Assembly: GCA_964016885.1 (NCBI GenBank)
Contig: OZ024740.1
Coordinates: 26,226,001-26,290,000, forward strand
Origin: Eledone cirrhosa
Lineage: Eukaryota
Length of the DNA stretch: 64,000 bases
Direction: 5' to 3'
Shown one piece after another: positions 54,237 through 64,000 of the stretch. The notes under the pieces were generated by a model, which had not been told where the DNA came from, did not search any database, and saw nothing but the letters and a program-made list of their open reading frames with translations. Within the stretch, counting starts at the first letter, position 1, and every line of letters starts with the position of its first letter. Made by a program: the position numbers and the translations under genes.

Positions 54237-57068
54237 ACCACCTTCACCCCCCCGCTCGAAACCCCCACCTCCCGCTACCCTCGCCTACCCCTACCACCAA
54301 CCACCCACCACCCCTACACGCCTCACACCCTTTCACCACGTGTTTATTTTTATTTGTATTTTTATTTTTATTTGTACTTTTAAATAATTTCCTTTACGCT
54401 CTAAAACAATTCTTTTTTTCCCTTTTCTCTCCTCCCCTTTATTTTAAATGTCTTTCCCCGACTCCCCCACACACCCTCGGAACTCTCTTCCTTCCCACTG
54501 TTCTCTTGATAAAGGGCTTATGCCCGAAACGTCGTCCCCCACCCCCAACTCTCAAGCGTGAATCTAAAGACAATATCATTTGTACTGCCTCTCTTTTTTT
54601 TTCTTCTCTGTTCATTTATTAACTATACTATACACGCTTACACGGCTTCCACACCACCTTGACCACCTTGACCACCGCCCCGACCCCGATTTAATCCGCC
54701 GTGACCAACCTCTGAACTTTTTTCCGCAAACTCTTCCACAATACCTTTTCTGACCTTATTTAATTTTTTGCTATTCTATTGTTTTATTTCTTTATTATTT
54801 TGTTTTTACTTTTTTATTTGTTTATTTCTGCTTATGATTTTTTGTTTATGATTCTTTGTTTATATTTTCACTTCCTGATGATAATTTGGTTTTGATTTTC
54901 CCTCCCCCGTCTCTGTTTACCCTTTTTGCACTTACCCCTTCGTTCCACAAATACCACACACTTCGTCTCCCTGCCCCTGCATTACACTCCACACCCACCA
55001 TTCCCAGCCTGAAATCCTTTCTCCTCCAACTCCACATCCGCCTTAAATATTTCCTCAGCCCCTTCTTCCCACCCTGCTATCTCGCTTCGGCTCTCCAACT
55101 CTCCTACCTTCTCTTCGCCAAAACCCGGCATTCCAGCCACATCCATTTCCTCAGCCGCTGCCTCAACCTCCATCTCATACCCCCTGGCTTCTGACTGCAC
55201 TTCCACACCTCCTCCTCCGCTTCCCCCTCCACCCAACGTATCCTAACCCGGTTCTCGCGCCTCCTAATGTGCAATTCCCACCGTTCCTCCCGCTCCACCA
55301 TCCGCAACCTTGACCACAAACTCACACCCACCCTCCTCCACCTCAACTCAGCGTGCCACCCCCTCCTCGCCCACTCCATTTTCCTCTTCATCCAAAATCA
55401 ACCACGACCTCTTCTCCTTCCTCACCTCCACCAAAGCCCCCAGGCTACACTCGAGCGGAGGTCGAGCGATTCGTGCGACGCACCAAGCTACAGGCACATT
55501 TTCACCAAACCCCAGCGGCTCCGAACGCCCAGACCTTTTTCTCGCCCTGGGCTAACGACCATCGTCTTCGACGCCGGCATCCGGGCAATTTAGCACTCTG
55601 GACACGTTCGTCGACGCCTGCCGTAGCGCAGTAAATCGCTTCGACTTCCGCCGCCGTTCCAAACGCATAACATCACACGGGGCAAACTTCTCGCTCTCCG
55701 CTCCCTCCGTAGCCGAGACGACATCGTCATCAAACCGGCGGACAAGGGAGGCCACGTGGTGGTGTGGCGCGCTGACCTCTACACGACTAAAGCCCTTGGG
55801 CAGCTCCGTAACCTTTTCTTCTACCCCCCTCTACGAACAACAAGTTTCCTCCACCATCAAACACCTCGTCTCCTCATCCCTCCTCCCTCGCACCGCTTCC
55901 CACCTCATCGCCCCCCAGCCCCGCACCTCCTTTATCTACTTCTATCCCAAATTCTACAAACCCGACAAAAACCCAGTCCGCCCCATCGTCTCCGTTTGCA
56001 ACTGCCCCACAGAACTCATCTCCGCCTTTCTTGATCTCATCCTCGTCCCCTTGTTTCCACCCGCCCCTCTCACATCTCCGACACCAACCACGACCTTCGC
56101 CTGTTCGACTCCCTCACACTCCCACCCGGCCCAAGCCCCCTCTTCTTCACCCTAGATATTAAGTCCCTCTACACAGTTATCCCCCACACCGACGGCCTAC
56201 GTGCCCTCCGGCACTACCACGACCTTCGCCCCTCGCCCATCACCATCCACCACCACCCTCCTTCGTCTCGCCGAGCTGGTCCTCACCCTCAGCTGCTTCT
56301 CCTTCTCGGGTGAGTTTACCAACAAGTCACTGGGGTAGCCATAGGCACAAGAATAGGCCCAAAGTATGCCAACCTTTTCGTTGGCCATGTTCAGGCCCAA
56401 ATCTTTGCCCAGTACACCGACCTCGCCCGAACTGTACGGTCGTTATATCGACGACTGTATCGGAACCATGACCCGAGAACAGCTCGACTTCTTTCTCTCC
56501 TTCGACCCCCCCCTCCTTCCACTTCACTACCTCTATCTTCACCACCCACGTCCTCTTCTTGGACATCTACGTCGCCATCGACACCTCCCACCGCTCTCTC
56601 GTCACCTCCGCCTTCTTCAAACCCACCGACTCCAACTCCTACCTCGAATTCACCTCCTCCCACCCTACACACACAAAAAACTCCATTCCCTACTCCCAAC
56701 TCCTCCGGATCCGCAGCCTCTGCAGCCGAGATGCTGACTTCGAGTCCCAGGCCCTTTCTCTAGTCAGCCATTTCATCCGGAGAGGTTACCTCCTATCCCT
56801 CATCCAAACCGCCCGTACCCCATGCCCCCCCACACCCACCCACCGTCTGTCCTTCCCCATCACCTACCAGCCCTCCATCCTACCCCTCTACCGCACCATC
56901 CTCCGCCTCTTCCGACGCCTCCAGTCCGAACCCTCACCTCCCCCACCTCCCCATCCCCATCCCTCCCCTCCTTCAAACCCGCGATAATCTCCGCTCCCTC
57001 CTCGTCCGCAGCTCCCTAACCTCCAACCCACCGTTTTCTTACCCAGCACCCCGGTTCCTTTCCCTGCT
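54235..57068 (+). pseudogene. Neptune-like PLE relic: 5' pLTR, N-terminus and RT; 3'-truncated before the endonuclease
   Basis: RHSSHIHFLSRCL..LIPPGF, IVIKPADKGG.VVVW, PKFYKP..PVRPIVS, LDIKSLYTVIPH, GVAIGTRIGPKYANLFVG, RYIDD, KPTDSNSYL..SSHP, SIPYSQLLRIR, PGSFPC; many frameshifts; clade name is tentative. Confidence 0.9.
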
Positions 57069-57224
57069 CTAATTATTCACTCTAATTATTCACTGAATCT
57101 AATTACTCACTGCCACCAAGAATTCTCACTGCTATCGAAAAACCACTCCTTCAACTATTCTTCTAACAACTTCACCCCTCCCTCCTAATATTCTCTATAA
57201 AAACTAAATAGGTCCTCAGTAATA

Positions 57225-57344
57225 TTATTCTGATGAAATGACAGTAAATAATAACATTGAAATATTGAATGTCTGCATAACTAAAAGTTTGTAGATAGCA
57301 GCTGTTTTAGGTTATGTAACTGTTATAGAAACACGTGTCAATAA
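57225..57344 (+). ncRNA. Type I hammerhead ribozyme with ~90-nt stem II, in a PLE-tail-like insert (57070-57495)
   Basis: TTATT-CTGATGA-AATGACAGT...ACTGTTATA-GAAA-CACGTG-TC-AATAA; palindromic stem III ACACGTGT. Confidence 0.85.
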
Positions 57345-57584
57345 ATTCCTTTCAACTAAACTGTATCCATTCAAATCTTTCTATTTTTCTCCGGATTACT
57401 TTTGGGACTACAACTTGAACCGTCGAGCAAACTCTACGTGAGCTGATAATCTACTGTGTGTAATATTTATATTACAACACAACGGAAAATACTGTATATA
57501 TATATATATATACACAGTTTGTACCTCTTACCTGATGATTTATTTTGCATGAAACAGTTTTAGTCCTGTTGAAGCCATTTCTAT

Positions 57585-58350
57585 ATTATACACACACACA
57601 TGCATATACACACACACACATGTATATACACACACATGTATATACACACGCACTCGTATATGTGTCTGTATGTGTGTATGTTTGCATGTAAGCATCTATC
57701 TATAAAACTGACTTAACTATATGTATAAATTCTTACGTCTATAATTACATATTCATGTACGTATACACCAATATACATACATGCATACGTACATATACAC
57801 ATGCAGACACAGATACCTGCATATATACATATATACACGCATATATACATTCGTATAGACATGCACACACAGATACACAAATACCTGCATACACTTACAT
57901 ATAGTTACACATATACATATATGTATGAACATACATACATGCATACACACGTGCTTACATACATATACAAATACATATACTTATACATATGTACACACAT
58001 ACATATACATATGCACACATACACATATATGTATATATGCACACATGCATACATATATTCATACATATACTTTTACATAGATAGATACATACGTTTATAA
58101 ATGCACACATACATGCATACCTCCATATATACATACATACATAGATACATACATACATACATACATACACACATACACAATGCATATATAAATACTTATA
58201 TACATACATGTATAAGGTGATACATAGATACACACATACGCACACATATATACAAATATACAGATATACAGATATACAGCTATACAGATATACATGCAGG
58301 CAGGCAGACATGCAGTCATACAGACAGAACGACATACAGACAGAAAGGCA
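57585..58350. repeat. Degenerate (CA)/(TACA)n microsatellite tract
   Basis: Direct inspection. Confidence 0.85.
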
Positions 58351-60009
58351 GCAATACAGAAAGCCAAGCTATGATGTTGCTTGGATTAGAAATGAAAAGT
58401 TTATTTGAAACTCAGGAAACGCAACACAGTCAACAAAGACGAAATGAAGTAGGCTCAGAAATTTTCCCATTACGCAGCACATTCGATTGCTCTTATTCAT
58501 TACCAATTTTTGTTCTTCTTTTTATTATTACACTGATTCTCCCTGCCTTTATTTTCCTTCATACTCACTTCTCTCTTTCCTCATTTCCTTCTTTCCTGCT
58601 TTCCTTCTCTCAAACTTTCTTCCTCTTCTACTCTCAGTTTCTCTTTCGTCCATTTATTCTATTTCCGATAATATTCATGTATCCTAACAATTTCCTTTTT
58701 TCCCCCCCACTCTCTTTTGCTTGTGGAATTTACGGCTTTTCTCATTCGTCAATAAGCGAGACTAATTGCTTCGAAACATTGAGAACAATAGATCAATCTC
58801 TTTCCTACCTTTTATTTCACACCATACATCATTGGTCGAAGAGTGTCTAATTTACAAATATCTACAGCCAATTAGCGAATTCGAACCAACGTCTGTATAC
58901 CGAGGAATCAGCAATTTATTTAAGAGCAATAGTTAAACTCATACTTTAACATACATAGATACATACGAGTGCATATACATATATATGTGTGTACGTGTGT
59001 GTATGTGTGTGTGTTTGATTGGGTGTGCGTATTTTTAGTAAACATACATATATACGAATACAAACACACAACACAAACACTGGCATATAAGAACCATGTA
59101 AACATGCATACATACGTTTATTTAGGACGTTCAACTCACAACCGCATGCATATATTTGTATAACTATAGATATCACATTGCTTTATATTTCCTATGTACA
59201 TTTGGCAATATATGGATGTATTAACTTATACGCTGCAATCGATGTGTTACAGGTAGTAATGTGTGGATAAGATCATATTTCTCACATATTCCTCCTGGCT
59301 CTCTTCTCTCCCACTTCATATCCCAACGATTCAACTTTGCCTTTCATTTATTTGAGTTCAATTAAAAAAATAACAGTCTTCTACTGGGGTCGATTCTTCC
59401 TCTATATATCTTTCAGGCTTCCTTTCTCTCACAATCTATCCTTCACTGCAAATAAATCTGCTACATTCAGATTTAAGAGAAGATGGGCTTCGCCAGGTCG
59501 AAATATAGTCTAGAATCGCTGTATATCAATATGGTGCCCCTACGTATACCTAAGAGGTTATTTCATCATACCATACCATATCATTAGGTGTTGATACCAT
59601 TAGGTGTTGATACGTCAGTTTGAATATTTTATATAAAGCAATCTGCAATAATTATTTATTTACAATAGTTTATAACTTTACCTATTAATCCGTATGGTGA
59701 GCAAATAGGGTCCCACGTGCTAGCCTCACCACAGCCCGGGTGGACACGATGGAGAAGGATGGTAAGGGAGATGCGCTGGAAGAGCCATTCCAACTAGCGA
59801 GGCTCACACCAGTGGCTGACCAGCTCAGCGCCTATGGATGTGAATAGGGAGGTAGCCCTAGGACCAAGGACACGAGAAGTCTCCACTGCTAAGGGCACAC
59901 CACTTGTATGTTCTATTTCAATGAAATTTAAAATTGACATTCCCTTTGTACAAGTCTAGGTGCATCATTAATTCCAGAAGCTTAACGTTTCTTTTCCTTA
60001 AATATACTT

Positions 60010-60395
60010 GGTGAGGAGGGAGATTTGGGACACACCGAGGGGAGAAAAACGAGAACGTCAAAGGGCGGAGGAACTCGGGAGACTCAACGACCACCCAATA
60101 AAGATTTTCTTTTCCTTTTCTGCAGTGAGTGACTCTTAGTCTTCACTAAGATATCTCCCTAAGAGAAGGTCACTCTGATATAAAACCTGCGACATTCTTT
60201 GCATCCAATGATATAGATCAGGTCTACTTTATGGGTAAACGTATTCGATGTGCAGAGAGTGGGATTGGCCACGTGTAAAGCCTTTCCTCACTTAAAAAAG
60301 CTTCAATCACAGGCATCTCTTGATATATGACATTTTGGGCGATGCATAGTATTGCTAGCAATAGCTAAGTCACTTGCAGGACTAAAAAGTCACGT
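60010..60395 (+). mobile_element. Older copy of the RTE-derived short element
   Basis: GTCAAAGGGCGGAGGAACTC, GAGAGTGGGATTGGC, AAAAGCTTCA..CACAGGCAT and GGACTAAAAAGTCAC are shared with 42585-42965. Confidence 0.65.
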
Positions 60396-60460
60396 ACGTG
60401 CTGTTCATCCTCTTCAAATTACTGGAAATATGACAATTGTAGAAACAAATATCATATAAT

Positions 60461-60651
<191 letters not shown>

Positions 60652-60701
60652 CTCTATTACGTGTTCCAACAGACAGGCGAAAGAAATGTAATAGAGTAAT
60701 A

Positions 60702-60740
<39 letters not shown>

Positions 60741-60747
<7 letters not shown>

Positions 60748-60862
60748 AAAAAGAGATGAAATCGAAAATGCAACTGGAGTCTTATTTTTTTTTTAAATAT
60801 ATATATTTAAAAAAAAAATAAGACTCCAGTTGCATTTTCGATTTCATCTCGTTTTCTTTATA
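60741..60862. repeat. Near-perfect ~120-bp palindrome beside (TA)n
   Basis: AAAGAAAAAGAGATGAAATCGAAAATGCAACTGGAGTCTTATT and its reverse complement; right arm resembles 52443-52470. Confidence 0.85.
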
Positions 60863-60917
60863 CTTTCACTCGTGTAGGACACCTCGGTTATTTTTCATTT
60901 TGTAAAAAAAAACTCAC

Positions 60918-60968
<51 letters not shown>

Positions 60969-61250
60969 AATATATTACACAAAGCGAAGTGTATTACACA
61001 GTGAGATGTGTGTAAAGAATTATTACAAGTGAGTTTTAGCGTTACCGTATAGAAAACAATATCTACAGGTTTAGCAATTAAATAGAATATATATATAATA
61101 ATAATAAGGGTTGACGGACCCAGCATATTTATCAATGCCAATAACGGTTTTATCTCAGCGCACTCAATGGGCAATGTAAGATACATTCCCATAGTATGGA
61201 CACAGTTATTTTCTTTAACACAACACACGTACAACGGGTGCCTATAAGGT

Positions 61251-61362
61251 TTCCAGACTCGAGTTTCTGCCGTACAAATGCAGCAGTAAGGTGCACTGCA
61301 GCATCTGTCTGCATATATTATGCAACAATGCACAATCAGCTTATGCGGCTTCATCAGCGAGT
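61251..61362 (-). ncRNA. Type I hammerhead ribozyme with long stem II and weak stem I
   Basis: Minus: TCG-CTGATGA-AGCCG...CGGCA-GAAA-CTCGAG-TC-TGG; palindromic stem III ACTCGAGT. Confidence 0.65.
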
Positions 61363-61984
61363 ATCGCCTAATCAATAACCAATCGATCGACATAATCCTA
61401 AGACCAGTCTATGTCGGCCATGACAGTTTGTGACGACTGACACGGTAAAGCTATTAGCAACTGGCACCCGATAGGACTCTATCTCTTAACTAGCCACTGG
61501 TTTACAAATTTTACGTGGGGACGGGAAGCTAAAAATAATCAATCTTTTCGTTCCTGTCAGAACTTCTCAGCCAACGTGTCACACACACAAATTATCAAGG
61601 GGTGAAAAGATGGCCATTAGAAATAGAAGTTCACATTGTTATAAAATTGAATGGTAGCATTCGGTTCATGTCTCCAAGCCCCATGGCTAGAGGAAAGCGA
61701 TGGTAACAATGGTAGTACCAAGAACCTTTAACAGACTTTAAATGCGATCATCCATTATATAGCAATATAGTGGCGAGCTGAAATGTGTCAGCCACGTGCG
61801 TAGATAACCAGTCTAATTCACAACTTAAAAGAGAGAGAGACAAAATTAATAGCAGGAAAAGGAGTGCATATCAAACCAAAAACACAATAAAAAGTGAAAA
61901 ATTGTTTAACTTACTCTCAATAGTCCGCTAGTTGGGAGTTAAAGAAAATGAATTTCCAACCGATAAAGTATGATTTTCATGAGC

Positions 61985-62205
61985 ATGTCTCTATTTATAA
62001 AACAAACTTTGTATTTTATCTGATGAAAGCGTACCAATGTGTCTTGGTACCCTTGAAATATATATGAAAAAATAAATATGGTTTTATAAATATACCATCC
62101 ATTTATTTAATATCATTGAATATTTACTCCAGTAATCTGTTGAGTGGTCTAAATCAGTTATAAACATTTATATTTGTCGGACTTCCAACAAATTAAATAC
62201 CCCTT
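61985..62205 (+). mobile_element. PLE tail (family of 46240-46597) with an HHR core at 62015-62070
   Basis: CTGATGA-AAGCGTACCA...TGGTACCCTT-GAAA-TATATATG; stem I register looks shifted in this copy. Confidence 0.7.
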
Positions 62206-62208
62206 CTA

Positions 62209-62251
<43 letters not shown>

Positions 62252-62567
62252 ATTGGTTATATGAGAGGGATGAACACAGATATAAGAATACATGTGTTCC
62301 AATTGCAATTGACCAAGTTAGCTAGGTTGAAAAAATACTAATTTAAAACAATATGGTTTGCCTGACTCGATTTAAAGTAATAAATGAATAAAAATAACAA
62401 GCTATATCGGGCAATAACCTTCGATACCCGGACAGACCAAAATCTGTTTCGCAAGAATTATCTCCAATTATATTACACGGCTCGGAACGATTCCCTTCTT
62501 TGAGCTACTTAATTGTAAAATACTATTTTTAGTTTATAACTCAATCTATATTATATATATATATATA

Positions 62568-63587
62568 TAAACGGAAAAAATGAAACGAAATTTCATTTCT
62601 CACTCTTAGTACGGCTGTTACTTAAATATAAGTATGTATACGTTCATACATATACGTATACAGACGTACAGTAGTATGTATATATATACATACATGCACA
62701 CATATATATATATATGCACGTATGGATTCACCGAAAATGTATTATAATGCTCGGTGTGTTTGTAAACAAACATCCCGTATTAAGCCTACAGTGTCTAGCA
62801 ACCATCGTTGCTCATTTGTTCAACACTGATAATGGAACGCTGTACTAGTTTCAAGCTTATTAGCTATCGTCAGCAACGTATACCTTCCTGCCAGTTGATT
62901 GAACGTCTGAAAGTATATACTTTCCTTATGCATATTAACGGCTCAGCAGCCTTATTTGCTTATCGAGCGAGTTAATCGGCCGGGGTACCGAAAACGATAA
63001 ACGGGAAAAAATGAAACGAAATTTCATTTCCCACTCTTAGTACGGCTGTTACTTAAATGTAAGTATGTATACGTACATACATATATGTATACAGACGTAC
63101 AGTAGTATGTATATATATATACATACATGCACACATATATATATGTACGTATGAATTCACCGAACATTTATTATAATGCTCGGTGTGTTTGTAAACAAAC
63201 ATGCCGTACATATATATATGTGTGCATGTATGTATATATATATACATACTACTGTACGTCTGTATACATATATGTATGTACGTATACATACTTATATTTA
63301 AAGAAGAGCCGTGCTAAGAGTGAGAAATGAAATTTCGTTTCATTTTTTCCGTTTATCGATTTCAGTACCCCGGCCGATTAACTCACTCGATATGCAAATT
63401 AGCCTGCTGAGCCGTTATTATGCATAAGGAAAGTATATACTTTCAGACGTTCAATCATCTGGCAGGAAGGTATACGTTGCTGACGATAGCTAATAAGCTT
63501 GAAACTAGTACAATGTTCCTTTGTCAGTGTTGAACAAATTAGAAACGATGGTTGCTAGACACTGTACGGCTTAATACGGGATGTTTT

Positions 63588-63590
<3 letters not shown>
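62568..63590. mobile_element. Second retrozyme-like array of the ~420-430-bp family, inverted at ~63205
   Basis: Unit repeat 62568/62998; intact HHRs at 62837-62879 (-) and 63474-63516 (+); flanked by (TA)n. Confidence 0.88.
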
Positions 63591-63627
<37 letters not shown>

Positions 63628-63696
63628 TATGAAGAGAGAAGAAACATTTAGATATAATTAGTAATAAAATGTATCATACCTAAACTGCTCCTAAAT

Positions 63697-63784
63697 TCCT
63701 CGACTACGTAGTTTCGTGGCATAAACAAAAACAATATGTCAAAGATATAGAGTCCTTGCGAGGTCTGCCGACTTATCAAGAGGA
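63697..63784 (-). ncRNA. Type I hammerhead ribozyme, U3-A8 core covariant
   Basis: Minus: TCCTC-TTGATAA-GTCGGCA...TGCCAC-GAAA-CTACGTAG-TC-GAGGA; palindromic stem III ACTACGTAGT. Confidence 0.8.
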
Positions 63785-64000
63785 TACCTCATTTTACTAG
63801 TCTCAAGAACGCGTCTACACGACGTGAGAAAGAATCCCAAAAGGCGGGGGGGGGGGAGATAGTCACGCGATATAACGGTCGAGAAACAGAGCTAAGCCTC
63901 CTATAACCACGAAGAAAATACCACGGAGGCGAAGGGGGTATTCATATCGAGGCCGTAGAAGAGGTAGTGAAGAAGGCGAGAAGTATGAGTAATGAAAGCT

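Noticed and set aside
59695-59745. GGTGAG...TCCCACG...CTCACC as an HDV-like ribozyme
   Set aside because: P1.1, P4 and P2 could not be assigned

Overview
Repeat-saturated animal genomic DNA with no recognisable host gene. SINE relics resemble, from memory, the abundant Octopus tRNA-SINEs, so a coleoid cephalopod origin is likely but unverified. Bases 1-21.8 kb are a 39-bp G/T-rich satellite with nested higher-order repeats (about 4572, 2230 and 1522 bp). Bases 22-64 kb are microsatellites filled with retroelement relics: two Naiad-type and one Neptune-like Penelope-like elements (PLEs), another PLE 3' end, CR1-, RTE- and R4/Dong-like LINE pseudogenes, a mariner fragment, a MITE and SINEs. The main signal the ORF track misses is RNA structure. 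By hand I find about 20 type-I hammerhead ribozyme (HHR) motifs from about 12 unrelated families, nearly all in short (TA)n-embedded PLE tails or tandem retrozyme-like units. Most carry a family-specific palindromic stem III, several have 70-105 nt stem II insertions, and one is a clean U3-A8 core covariant. Many sit in fold-back inverted repeats, and in one family three copies fold back exactly at HHR stem II. All folds were assigned by eye, and element boundaries are approximate (about 10-20 bp).
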